From Mustelus asterias (taxonomy: Eukaryota), in NCBI RefSeq assembly GCF_964213995.1, contig NW_027590369.1, positions 186,001-250,000 of the forward strand: a DNA stretch of 64,000 nucleotides, given 5' to 3'. Under the pieces are notes generated by a model that saw only the letters and a program-made list of their open reading frames with translations, made no database searches and had not been told where the DNA came from. Shown here in pieces: positions 52,120-64,000 of this stretch. Numbering within the stretch: the stretch's first letter is position 1; every line of letters starts with the position of its first letter. Position numbers and translations under genes: made by a program.

Positions 52120-55036
52120 ATCGTTTGTATCCCTCCATTCCCAGGCTGCTCATGTGATTATCCAGGTAAGTCTTAAACGATGTCAGCGTGCCTGCCTCCA
52201 CCACCCTACTTGGCAGCGCATTCCAGGCCCCCACCACCCTCTGTGTAAAAAACGTCCCTCTGATATCTGAGTTATACTTCGCCCCTCTCACCTTGAGCCC
52301 GTGACCCCTCGTGATCATCACCTCCGACCTGGGAAAAAGCTTCCCACTGTTCACCCTATCTATACCCTTCATAATCTTGTACACCTCTATTAGATCTCCC
52401 CTCATTCTCCGTCTTTCCAGGGAGAACAAGCCCAGTTAACCCAATCTCTCCTCATAGCTAAGACCCTCCGTACCAGGCAACATCCTCGTAAACCTTCTCT
52501 GCACTCTCTCTAATGCCTCCACGTCCTTCTGGTAGTGCGGCGACCAGAACTGGACGCAGTACTCCAAATGTGGCCTAACCAGCGTTCTGTACAGCTGCAT
52601 CATCAGACTCCAGCTTTTATACTCAATACCCCGTCCTGTAAAGGCAAGCATACCATATGCCTTCTTCACCACCTTCTCCACCTATGTTGCCACCTTCAAG
52701 GATTTGTGGACTTGCACACCTAGGTCCCTCTGTGTTTCTATACTCCTGGTGACTCTGCCATTTATTGTATAACTCCTCCCTACATTATTTCTTCCAAAAT
52801 GCATCACTTCGCATTCATCCGGATTAAACACCATCTGCCACCTCTCCGCCCAATTTTCCAGCCTATCTATATCCTGCTGTATTGCCCGACAATGCTCTTC
52901 GCTATCCGCAAGTCCAGCCATCTTCGTGTCATCCGCATACTTGCTGATTACACCAGTTACACCTTCTTCCAAATCATTTATATATATCACAAATAGCAGA
53001 GGTCCCAGTACAGAGCCCTGCGGAACACCATTGGTCACAGACCTCCAGCCGGAAAAAGACCCTTCGACCACTACCCTCTGTCTCCTACGGCCAAGCCAGT
53101 TCTCCACCCATCTAGCCACTTCTCCTTGTATCCCATGAGCCTTAACCTTCTTAACCAACCTGCCATGTGGGACTTTGTTAAATACCTTACTGAAATCCAT
53201 ATAGACCACATCCATGGCCCTTCCTTCATCAACCGTTTTTGTCACTTCCTCAAAAAACTCCACCAAATTTGTAAGGCACGACCTCCCTCGTGCAAATCCA
53301 TGCTGTCTGTCACTAATGAGATTTTTCCGTTCTAAATGCACATACATCCTGTCTCTAAGAATCCTCTCCAACAACTTCCCTACCACGGAAGTCAAGCTCA
53401 CCGGCCTATAATATCCTGGGTTATCCCTGCTACCCTTCTTAAACAACGGGACCACATTCGCTATCCTCCAATCCTCAGGGACCTCACCCGTGTCCAAAGA
53501 AGCGACAAAGATTTCCGTCAGAGGCCCAGCAATTTCGTCTCTCGTCTCCCTGAGCAATCGAGGATAGATGCCATCAGCTCCTGGGGCTTTGTCAGTTTTA
53601 ATGTTCCCTAAAAAACCTAACACTTCCTCTCTTGTAATGGAGATTTTCTCTAACGGTTCAACACCTCCCTCCGAGAAACTCCCGGTTAACATGCCCCTCT
53701 CCTTCGTGAATACTGATGCAAAGTATTCATTTAGGATCTCCCCTATTCCCTTGGGTTCTAAGCATAATTCCCCTCCTTTGTCCCATACAGGTCCGATTTT
53801 CTCCCTGACAACTCTTTTGTTCCTAACGTATGACTAGAATGCCTTAGGATTCTCCTTAATCCTGCCTGCCAAGAACATCTCGTAACCTCTTTTTGCCCTT
53901 CTAACTCCCCGTTTGAATTCTTTCCTACTCTCTCTGTATTCCTGCAGAGCTCCATCTGTTTTCTGTTGCCTGGACTTAATGTAAGCCTCCCTTTTCATTT
54001 TAATCAGATCCTCAATTTCCGTGGTTATCCACGGCTCTCGAATCCTACCTTTCCTATCTTTCCTTTTTACAGGCACATGCCTATCCTGCAGCCGTATCAA
54101 TAGTTCCTTAAAAGACTCCCACATGCCAGACGCGGACTTACCCTCGAACATCCTCTCCCAATCAACATTCACCAATTCCTGCCTAATCCGGCTATAGTTA
54201 GCCTTCCCCCAATTTAGCACCCTGCCCGTAGGACAGCACTCATCCTTGTCCATTACTATCGTAAAGTAAATAGAGTTGTGGTCACTATTTGCCACATGTT
54301 CCCCTACCGAAATTTTGACGACCTGACCGGGCTCATTTCCCAGAACTTGGTCCAGTATAGCCCCCTCTCTCGTCGGGCTATCTACATACTGTTCCAAAGA
54401 ACCTTCCAGTACGCATTTTACAAATTCCTCCCCGTCCGGACCCCCAGCTCTAAGCACTTTCCAGTCTCTGCCAGGGAAATTAAAGTACCCCACTACAACA
54501 ATCCTATTTTTTCTGCACCTATCCAGAATCTCCTGACATATCCTTTCCTCCACTTCCCGTGGGCTGTTGGGTGGTCTGTAGTACACCCCCAGCATAGTGA
54601 CTGCACCGTTCCTGTTTCTGAGTTCCACCCACAGCGACTCAGTACATGACCCCCCTAAGTTGTCTACCCTCTGCAACGCGGTAATATGCTCCTTAAATAA
54701 TATCGCTACTCCCCCACCTTTTTTAGCCCCTCCTCTGTCTCGCCTAAAACACTTATACCCCGGAATATTCAGCTGCCAGTCCTGTCCTTCTTTTAACCAA
54801 GTTTCCGTCACCGCAACCACATCCAAATTCCGCATAAGCATTAAGTCCCTAAGTTCGTCTGTTTTACCCGGTACGCTCCTCGCATTGAAGCAGATGCACT
54901 CCAGACCTCCAGGCCCACTCAGGTCATCCTCCTCCAGAGTGATCCTCTTCTTAGCTAGCCTTGCCCTGGTCCCCAGCTCAACCCCAGCCTCAGTATTTAC
55001 TGACCTACTGTTTTGATCCCCACCCCCCTGCCACAC
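52120..55036 (-). pseudogene. CR1 ORF2 (AP endonuclease + reverse transcriptase) with a few stops
   Basis: CICFNARS..VAVTETWL..GVYYRPP..SDHN (53834-55036); KAPGADGI..YRPVSLTS..GVPQGSVLGPLLF..YADD (52682-53692); breaks at about 53834, 52682 and 52436. Confidence 0.95.
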
Positions 55037-56064
55037 TAGTTTAAATCCTGCCGAAACACTCTCGCAAAACTCCCAGCCAGGATATTTGCTCCCTTCCAGT
55101 TAAGGTGTAACCCATCCTTTCTGTACAGTTGCCATCCTGACTTGAAGATTTCCCAGTTATCTATGAATTTAAAACCCTCCCTCTTGCACCAGTCATTTAG
55201 CCACGCGTTCAACTGTAGAATCTCCCTGTTCCGAGCCTCACTTGCACTAGACACCGGGAGCAGTCCAGAGATTGCTACCCTGGAGGCCTTACTTTTTAGC
55301 CTCGCACCCAACTCCCTGAATTTCTCTCGAATGACCCGCCCTGCTCTTCCTACCTACATCATTTTCACCAATGTGTATAATCACATCCGTTTGACTACCT
55401 TCCTTTTTAAATATGCTTCCTACCCTCTCGGAGACATCCAGTACCCCGGCACCAGGGAGGCAGACTACCATCCTGGATTCTCGTTCACTCCCACAGAACC
55501 GCCTGTCCGTGCCTCTAACCATTGCGTCCCCCACAACTATCGTTCTCCTAAACCCCTTCTTTCCCTTCCGGACCCCTGAGCCTGTCTCCGTGGAGGCGAT
55601 CTGGTCCTCGTGGCTTACCCCTGGAGGGTTATCCCCCTCCACAGAATCCAAAACAATATACCTATTTTGGAGGGGGACAACCACAGGGGATCCCTCCACA
55701 GACTGCTCACTCCCATCCCTTCTCCCATCGGTTGCCCATCCGTTTCTTTTATGGGAGACTGCCACTGGGGTACTTTCTGGCACATCACCCTTCTGACTAT
55801 TACCCTCCTAACTGTGACCTACGTGTCTTCCTTCCGAGACCCTGGTGTCACTACCTGACTATAACTTTTATCCATTAATCTCTCATTTTCCCGAACAAAA
55901 CTGAGTTCATCGAGCCTCAACTCCAGCTCCCTTACACGATCCTTCAGGAGTTGCAGTTCCACGCATCTGGCACAGATATGGACTTCCGGGAGGCAAGTTG
56001 TCTCCAGGAACTCCCACATCCCACACCGAATGCAGTATACTGGCCTCCCACTCATACCAGCCAT
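55036..56064 (-). pseudogene. CR1 ORF1 (Cys finger, leucine zipper, SGNH esterase), disrupted
   Basis: ATG at 56064: CIRCGMWE..HICARCVELQLLKDRVRELELRLDEL; TIVVGDAMVRG..CLPGA..IHIGEND; KDGLHLN; stop at 55819 plus frameshifts. Confidence 0.9.
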
Positions 56065-56261
56065 GTCCTTTTTAGTTTTTGGGAGATAAAACAAAAAAGG
56101 GGGTGTAACAGAAGAAAAACAAACAACCTTCCTCGCCTTCGCCGAAGCCCTGTGAGCCAAAGCCCTTACAGCTCACACTCTGATCCCTGCTCACTCCACT
56201 GCCCGCTCCAGACGCTGCCCGCTCAAAAGTGCGGCCTGCTTTTCAACCCTCCAAAAAAATC

Positions 56262-56531
56262 TCCCCAGGCTGCTCCTGGGCCTACTTCCTGTTTTGAAAA
56301 TAAACCTCCTTTTTAAATTAGCCCTTTTTAAACCTTCCCCAGGCTGCTCCTGGGCCTACTTCCTGTTTTGAAAAAAAAACCTCCTTTTTAAATTAGCCCT
56401 TTTTGAACCTTCCCCAGGCTGCTCCTGGGCCTACTTCCTGTTTTGAAAAAAAACCTCCTTTTTAAATTAGCCCTTTTTAAACCTTCCCCAGGCTGCTCCT
56501 GGGCCTACTTCCTGTTTTGAAAAAAACCTCC
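56262..56531 (-). repeat. 74-75 bp tandem monomers (about 3.6 copies) in the CR1 5' UTR
   Basis: tccccaggctgctcctgggcctacttcctgttttg starts at 56262, 56336, 56411 and 56485. Confidence 0.95.
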
Positions 56532-56924
56532 GATTTGTAAGCAAATTTAACTGAAAAATAAATAAATAAAATGCAGACACAATCTCTTTTACCCTCAGCC
56601 TGCTCCTGCGGAACAATGAGGACATTGTTTTAAAGGAGGACAACAGTGGCAGATGCGTCAATAAACATTTAGGAAGGTGGTAGGAGAACTGAAAATTATT
56701 GCTCAATTCATGTCCAATGTGGATTTAATAGAAGAGGCTTAGAATGCCAAAACATGTTTCTTATTACAATGTGATATCTCTCATCGAGTACGTGTCAATT
56801 GAGATATTGTGAGTAACACTGGCATTGAATATTCGGAAGATGCAAATAGTTTGAGGAGGGTGAAGAGGAGATTTACTAAAAAATACCGGGAGGAATCTCA
56901 GCTAAGTGAGGGAGACGAGATAAT

Positions 56925-57256
56925 CATAGAAACCCTACATTGCAGAAAGAGGCCATTTCGCCCATTGAGTCTGCACCGTTCACAATCACACCCAGGCCCT
57001 ACCCACATACATACATTTACCCGCTAATCCCTCCAACATACGCATCGCAGGACACTAAGAGGCAATTTTAGCATGGCCAATCAACCTAACCCACACATGT
57101 GCGGACTGTGGGAGGAAGCCGGAGCACTCGGAGGAAGCCCACGTAGACACGAGGGGAATGTGCAAACTCTACACAGACAGTGACCCAAGCCGGGAATCGA
57201 ACCCAGGACCCTGGAGCTGTGAAGCAGCATGGCTAACCACTGTGCTACCGTGCCGC
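56925..57256 (-). mobile_element. HE1-type SINE
   Basis: Same layout as 4177-4512 and 30575-30912. Confidence 0.9.
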
Positions 57257-57320
57257 AGATAAGATGGGTGCTTCTCTCTCCTCACATCAGAGGAAACAAA
57301 TCAGGTCATGTAACTAAGTC

Positions 57321-57410
57321 TGAGAGAGAGGGGGGGAGAGAGAGAGAGAGAGAGACAGGCAGACAGACAGACAGAGACAGAGACAGAAACACAGACACAG
57401 GGAGAGACAG
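57321..57410. repeat. (GA)n/(GACA)n compound microsatellite
   Basis: Direct inspection. Confidence 0.9.
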
Positions 57411-58486
57411 TCACACTGATCCTCCATAGACATCCATATGTCTGTAACTTCGTTAAAATCCTATAACTTATCTGCATTGCTCCAAAACTGGCCTCTTGAG
57501 CATGCATGAGAATCATCCATTCAACATTGCAGAAATGTCAGTAGCTGCTTTGGCCTAACTCTGTTTTTTTTTTCCTAACGCTCTCTGCCACCCGATTCCC
57601 CTTTAAGATGCTTCTTAACACTTATTGGTCTGGCCGGATATTGGTCCTCCTTCCTATCAGAGATTCGCAGGACCACAAAACTTTTAAGACACGGAATTGG
57701 TTTATTCTTATTATGCGTGTTCAGGCCTCTGAATGAAAAATGCACCCAGTGTCATTAGCCCACCTTCTGCTCAGATCCCGCAATATCTATCCTTTTCAGA
57801 TAACGAATGAAATTGCTCCAGTGAGGCTGAATCCACTATTTCAGAAGCCTATCATTGATCAAGTGTAAGTGATGTTCTGCCGAAAGCTTCGATGATTCAT
57901 CTGGAGGAATGGATATATTGGTCACTGAGATCTTACTGGACGTCCTTTAGCTCTCGGTTGTAATGTGATATCAAGAAATGCAACGGCAGCAGCCGTATCA
58001 GAAGAAGGACAAAATGGTTTACCTCACGATTGTTGATATTGGACATCCCTCGAATGTCTACCTGAATCTGCAGTGTCCATAGTGACTTAAACACTAGACT
58101 CAACAGTAGGCCATTTCACACTTTGAGCCTGCTCCGCCATTCTTTATAATCATGGCTGATCTTCAAATTCAATATCCTAATTCCCCATTTCCCCCATATC
58201 CCTTGATCCCTTTAGCTCCAAGTACTATATCTAGTTTATTCTTTAAATGAGACAGCGACTAGTCCAAGACTGAGTGCAGCTTCTCTTTCGGTAAAATAAA
58301 CATCGGTCTGAATAGTGCTGTGTTCATTCTAGAGCCCTGCCTCTACATTCAATCTGGGATGTTAGAGACTGGAAATACTGTCCCTTATTTATAAAAAAGC
58401 TGTGATGTGGAGATGCCGGCGTTGAACTAGAGTGGGCATGGTAAGAAGTTTCACAACAGCTGGTTAAAGTCTAACAGGTCTATTTG

Positions 58487-58523
58487 GATTCACAAGCTTT
58501 CGGAGCGCTGCTCCTTCATCAGG
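58487..58523 (-). ncRNA. Minimal type I hammerhead ribozyme motif (antisense partner)
   Basis: Minus strand CTGATGA-A-GGAGC-AGC-GCTCC-GAAAGCTT-GTGA; the 5' arm of stem I is displaced by a local duplication of about 21 nt. Confidence 0.55.
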
Positions 58524-58544
58524 AGCGCTGCTCTTTCATGAGGT

Positions 58545-58587
58545 GAGTCACCTGATGATGGAGCAGCGCTCCGAAAGCTCGTGATTC
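58545..58587 (+). ncRNA. Minimal type I hammerhead ribozyme motif
   Basis: Stem I gagtcac/gtgattc; core CTGATGA (58552); stem II GGAGC-AGC-GCTCC; GAA; palindromic stem III AGCT; putative cleavage triplet CTC (after 58580). Confidence 0.7.
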
Positions 58588-59504
58588 CAAATAAACCTGT
58601 TAGATTTTACCCTGCTGTTGTGAATTTTCTTTTGCTATCAAGAACTAAGATCGGTGTTTATGAATACAAAACACGTGTATTCTGATAAAGATCCAGTTGC
58701 TTTAATAATGTGCTTTGGGGAATGATATCTGCTGTATTTTTCCAGTCTAATCGACATCTGATTCTGTTCGTGCTGCAACGGGGTTAAATTTTAACCGCAC
58801 CTCGACTATCATTCGGTATGGTTTGTCACGATAATAGCAAGGAGAGAGCAGACGCCAGAACAAGTCTAGGTTTCATTGGCATGTTCTACCTGCAATACAA
58901 TCGCACGCTGAATCTGACTCGTGAGCAATGTGTCAGGGTCATTCGTCACCATCCCTGGTATGTCCAGTCCCACTGGCATTGCAGATCCAGCAGAGCTGAC
59001 AGCTGTCTGGCACACATTCTGGATGCATTCTGGTGGGAAATCCCCAATAGTGACTCCAAAAATTATGATTTCTCACGGCATTCGTGCAAAGACAGGGAAG
59101 GACATCCTCTGCTGACTCCCACCTACCACCCTCCATCAGCTGAAAAATCCCTGCTACTCAAAGCTAAATAATAGTTGAGGGAATCATTAGCTTCAGATTT
59201 CTACCTTTCTCTTTGGTCCATGTCATTTCCTCAACCACCATGGGATTCACATCATCTCTTGCATGGAAGTTCAAACGTGCATCAGCGTCCTTTGAACAGA
59301 AAGGTCTCATCTACTGGGAACTAAGTGTCAGATTATAATACATTTTTCCAATTCGATATGGGTAACAGATTTCTTAGTCTCAGTCGAATTTACGTCTCCA
59401 TATTGTGAACTTAAAATCTGACGCAATTGCCTGCAACATTTTATACCTGGCACCAACCTCTCACTGAGAAACTCTAAGCCTTTATTTGAGTGATCAATTG
59501 CGAG

Positions 59505-59845
59505 GCTGTGGCGTCGTGGTATTGTCGCCAGATTAATAATCCAGAGAACCGGAGAAATTTTCTGGGACTCGAGGTTCGAATCCCACTATGGCACCTGAAG
59601 AAATTTCAATTCAATAAAAATATGCAATTGAAAGTCTGCTGATGACCATGAAACCATTATCGATTTTCATAAAAACCCATCTGGTTCACTGATGCCCGAC
59701 AGGGAACGAAATCTACCATCATTACCTGCCTTGACTCCACGTGACTCCAGAACCACAGCAAATTGGTTGACTCTAAAATACTGTCAGGCATGGACAATGA
59801 ATGCTGGCCCAGCCAGAACGCATGGAAGAATAAAAATAAAATTAA
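59505..59845 (+). mobile_element. tRNA-derived SINE (second family)
   Basis: gtggcgtcgtgg (A box)...ggttcgaatccc (B box)...gatgaccatgaaacc...A-rich tail. Confidence 0.8.
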
Positions 59846-60187
59846 ACACCGTCAGTTATTATGCGGCAAGCTGATTGGGCGGCTCGCCTGTCAATCACAA
59901 TGGCGGGTGGGCGTCTGTTAGTCAGGGCGAACGTCGGCTCGTAGCATCTTCATGAGGAAAACCATGTTTAAATTGAGGGGGTTTATTTATTGTTGTCACT
60001 GACTATAATGTATAAATGTTATCTGTTCCGATTTTGGAGTCAATCTTCCCCTCACACGGTGTTTTGAGGCCATTATGAGGGGCGCCGCCATCACCGAGAA
60101 GTGATGGACACAAAATGGCGGCGGTTGGGGTTGTCCCCCGGCCGCTCGGCAAGGCCGCCAACGCTTTAAAAAAATTAAAGAAAAAAA

Positions 60188-61615
60188 ATGGATTGCGCCT
60201 ATTTTCAAGGAGGGAAATAGGGATAGCCCAGGAAATTACCGACCGGTGAGTCTAACCTCAGTGGTTGGTAAGCTGATGGAGAAGATCCTGAGGAACAGGA
60301 TTTATGAGCATTTAGAGAGGCTTAGTATGCTCAAGAATACTCAGCATGGCTTTGTCAAAGGCAGGTCCTGCCTGACGAGCCTGGGTGGAGTTCCTCGAAA
60401 ATATGACTAAACACATTGACGAAGGGAAAGCGGTAGATGTGGCTGATCTGGATTTTAGCAAGGCGTTCGATTAGGTCCCCCATTCAAGGCTTCTAGAAAA
60501 ATGTGAGAGGGCATGGGATCCAAGGGGCTGCTGCCCTGTGGATCCAGAACTGTCTTGCCCAAAGGAGGCAGAGAGTGGGTATAGATGGATCTTTTTCTAA
60601 ATGGAGGTTGGTCACCAGTGGTGTGCCCCAGGGATCTGTTCTGGGACCCTTGCTGTTTGTCATTTTCATAATTGACCTGGATGAGGAAGCGGAGGGATGG
60701 GTTGGTAAGTTTGCCGACGACACGAAGGTTGGTGTGGTTGTGGATAGTCTGGAGGGATGTCAGAAGTCACAGAGGGACATAGATAGGATGCAAGACTAGG
60801 CGGAGAAGTGGCAGATGGACTACAATCCAAATAAATGCGTAGTGTTCCATTTTGGCAGGTCAAATGGGCTGAAGGAGTACAATATTAAGGGAAAGACTCT
60901 TAGTGCTGTAGAGGATCAGAAGGACCTTGGGGTCCGGGTCCATAGGACTCTAAAATCGGCCCGCAGTTGGAGGAGGTGGTTAAGAAGGCGTATGGTGAGC
61001 TGGCCTTTATCAATCTAGGGATTGAGTTTAGGAGTCCGGGGATAATGATGCAGCTATATAAGACCCTCGTCAGGCACCACTTGGAGTACTGTGCTCAGTT
61101 CTGGTCGCCTCATTACAGGAAGGATGTGGAAAAGATTGAAAAGGTGCAGAGGAAATTTACAAGGATGTTGACTGGATTGAGTGGCATGCCTTATGAGGAT
61201 AGGCTGAGGGAGCTCGGTCTTTTCTCCTTGGAGAGACGTAGGATGAGAGGAGACGTAATAGAGGTATATAAGATGAGAGGCATAGATCGGGTGGATTCTC
61301 AGAGGCTTTTTCCCAGGGTGGAAATGACTGCTATGAGTGGGCACAGGTTTAAGGTGCTGGGTGGTAGGTACAGGGGAAATGTTAAGGGGAAGTTTTTCAC
61401 ACAGAGGGTGGTGGGCGAGTGGAATCGGCTGCCGTCAGTGGTGCTGGAGGCAAACTCAATAGGGTCTTTGAAGAGACTCCTGGATGAGTACATGGGACTT
61501 AATAGGATGGAGGGTTATAGGTAGGCCTAAAAGGTAGGGATATGTTCGGCACAACTTGTGGGGCAGAAGGGCCTGTTTTGTGCTGTAGGTTTTTCTATGT
61601 TTCTATATTTCTATA
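60188..61615 (+). mobile_element. 5'-truncated CR1 LINE (different subfamily), RT region, disrupted
   Basis: PGNYRPVSLTSVVGKL; GVPQGSVLGPLLF..FADD (60503-60799); RHHLEYCAQFWSP (60967-61524); ttctatgtttctatatttctat tail. Confidence 0.93.
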
Positions 61616-62324
61616 AACAAATCGTTACATATGTAAAATCGATGAACCGAAACGTTTTGAAATAAAATTAAATATCCTGCACAACTGAAACAAGAGACAG
61701 GGAAAAAGGGATAGATGGAATAGGTAGATAGATGAAGGAGAGTGAGAGAGAAAGGGTTAGGCAGACACGTGGTGAGACAGACAATGACAGGGACAGGAAC
61801 AGAGACAGATTCAGGAATGAAAAAATGAAATGGAGGGATCTATCCGCTAAACATAGCGAATGACATTCTTATCCCCCTCCATCCCCACCCCCCCACCCCG
61901 GCAAAAACACCCCCCCATCCAGCCCCCGATCCCCTGCCCCCGCGTACATATGCTCATATCGTATTGTATTCCAGCTAAAATTATAGACTCCCACAAACAT
62001 CAATTGCAGACTGACCGGCGAATCACTTTCAACAACATTGGTCGGTGGACGAATGTTGCTACAGGGAGGGAGCAATATTCCCTCGAGGGAAAACGCTCAA
62101 AATCTTCTTTGCACTAGGTCCAGGAAAGTTGGAACGTGGGATATTCGGTTATAACTCTGCTAACCAGGTACTGGTTAATCGGCACTGTTTTGGGGGTTTC
62201 AGTGTATTAGCTTTCCAGAGATCTCGGCTGGTGCTCCCAGATGTGATTTAAAATCCATCGTGGTTGGTGTATTTAAATCCAATGAATACAACCCTCAACT
62301 GAAAGTTATTCTCAGTAATGCGGA

Positions 62325-64000
62325 CCATGAACATATCTTTGGAGTCCAAAAAAAACAACCGAGTTTATTAATGCATTTAATGGATTGACTCCTGTCCACT
62401 TTGCAAAGCAGGCTTTCATGCGATTCGGGACACTGGTCAACCTGGTTGACTCTCAAACTCTCTCTGAAATGGCCAAGCCAGTCTTTCAGATCAGGGTCAT
62501 TGTTAGGCACCAAATGCTGGCTCCTTCAGCCACGCACACGTCCTATGAAATAATGAAAATGAAGTTGAAACACGCTGAAAATAATTCACAGGAAAACCAA
62601 CTGAGGAGATTTACCTTTAACACAGCGAGATATTGCGATCTGGACTTTCTGACTGCAAGGTACGGGAAGATATCCAATAGTATATTTCTCAATGAGAATT
62701 CAACCAACAAATCACAGTGGCTGCAGTCACTTTTAGATAGCATTCAGCTCGCTGTTGTATGGGGCATGGACTGAGCAGGATGGGGAAAGACTTGCTCAAG
62801 CATATTCGGCTAAACTGGAATTCTTCAGGTTCGGAGTGGGACACAATGTTTTCAGAAGATACCCTGCAGTTAGTTTCAGGAACATCGAGGTAATTACAAA
62901 AGGGGCCAAGGCCAAGATCAACGTAAACCCGAATGCTACACATAGCTCTTTCAGAGGCAAATCTGGAGAAGGTGGAAACGGAACTACGAAATCTTGAAAG
63001 GTTGGTACAATCAGTCCTGTGCAATTTGCAGAATGGATTGTGCCCATTGTCCCTGTTCTTCGGCCTGAAAACTCAATCTGTCTGTGAGGTGACAATAACC
63101 TACAGTCAACTGGGTCTCCAAACACGATAAAAACACATGACCTAGATCAAAATGTGTAAACAAGTTAACACGTCGCAAGACGTTCTCCACATTTGACATG
63201 ATGATAAGTGATTACATGAGCTGTGAATGAAGAAAAAGTCATCAAGGAAGCGCGAACCCCAAGGAACGCCACAGAGTTAAAATCCTTATCGAGTTAATTT
63301 GTTATAACAGAAAATTTATTCTGAATGTAGCTTCCATGCTGCCCCCTTATATACACTAGTGTGCAAATGCTTCCGATTTTCCTACGGAGTGACGCAGAAA
63401 GAGGATATTTCTATAGTAAATCGTCAATTACTCTCACGAATGCAATGGCTCATTCCGACTCTGAGAAAGACCTTATTTTAACTCGTGATTCTTCCCCGTC
63501 CGGGGTGCTTGCAGTGCTATCACATTGCTGGCAAGACGGGATGGAGAATCCCGTCATGTATACCTCCCAGATCCTTCAGGATGCAGAGCGATGACACTTT
63601 CAAATTCAGAAGGGAGGTTTGGCGGCCACATTTGGTGTGGATAAGTTTCAGCAATACATCTACTGTTATTGATTTTGTTAATAGTTGCCCATCCCATACT
63701 GCGCTTCATCAAAGAGGGCAAAGCAAATCCCCCAATCAGCACCACTCGGATACAATGCTGCACATTGATATTGACTGACTATGAATAGATTCTGGAACAC
63801 CTCCATGGAATCAGGGCAGCGAATGTGGACAGTTCGACTCACACGCCTGACTCCTTTAGCAACACTCGAAGATGTTGTGATGACACTGAACCTTTTGGAG
63901 ATCTTGCTAGTGTCAGCAAAGCAGATTAAAGCCCCGACTCAAAAGATCCCAGCCTTATCCAAAATAAGGCACACAATATTACAAACTGAATTCCAGCTTG
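62325..64000 (+). mobile_element. Second degenerate Mag/K02A2.6-like Gypsy remnant, running off the window
   Basis: KGAKAKINVNPNAT; GTISPVQFAEWIVPIVPVL; RNase H AHSDSEKDLILTRDSSPSGVLAVLSH..ENPVMYTSQILQDAER (63361-63594). Confidence 0.8.

Larger units (their letters stand above)
52032..56612 (-). mobile_element. Near full-length CR1 (HER1-like) LINE: repeat-containing 5' UTR, ORF1, ORF2, (TTCTTTG)n tail
   Basis: Continuous ORF1 and ORF2 homology plus tail; the 5' boundary (56531-56612) is uncertain, with a possible acaat TSD at 52027 and 56613. Confidence 0.93.
58402..58635. mobile_element. Palindromic non-autonomous Penelope-derived element
   Basis: Arms of about 90-100 bp inverted around aggtgagtcacct (centre 58547); same termini as 23622, 29636 and 39917. 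Confidence 0.88.

Noticed and set aside
52535-56316. Numerous plus-strand ORFs (also 20909-23099)
   Set aside because: Antisense shadows of CR1 ORF1 and ORF2 with no independent coding signal.
58820-59170. Possible solo LTR or 117-aa ORF
   Set aside because: No matching second terminus, TSD or recognisable domain could be confirmed by eye.

Overview
Eukaryotic, repeat-rich vertebrate DNA, almost certainly from a cartilaginous fish (shark), judged from HE1-type SINEs, CR1/HER1-type LINEs and shark-type Penelope termini. The only host genes I can support are a cluster of two-exon class A orphan GPCRs of the GPR139/GPR142-like type. Locus 1 is an intact exon 1 at 2351-2447 (-), with exon 2 outside the readable window. 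Locus 2 is a broken exon 1 with a 7-aa repeat N-terminus at about 15440-15760 (+). Locus 3 is a complete gene (exon 1 41853-41922, exon 2 35601-36505, -) disabled only by one TGA in TM6. Locus 4 is a decayed exon 2 at about 49030-49918 (-). Most of the rest is transposable elements: a near full-length CR1 LINE with a tandem-monomer 5' UTR, a sister 5'-truncated copy, a full-length hAT (Buster/Charlie-type) DNA transposon, three Gypsy remnants, many SINEs, and Penelope-derived pieces carrying minimal hammerhead ribozyme motifs, two of them as palindromes with one motif per strand. An unexplained degenerate 63-bp array of about 20 units lies at 24.6-25.8 kb. There are no prokaryotic features and no CRISPR array. 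Most ORF-track entries are spurious or antisense to LINE ORFs. All calls come from reading the sequence; no database search was run.
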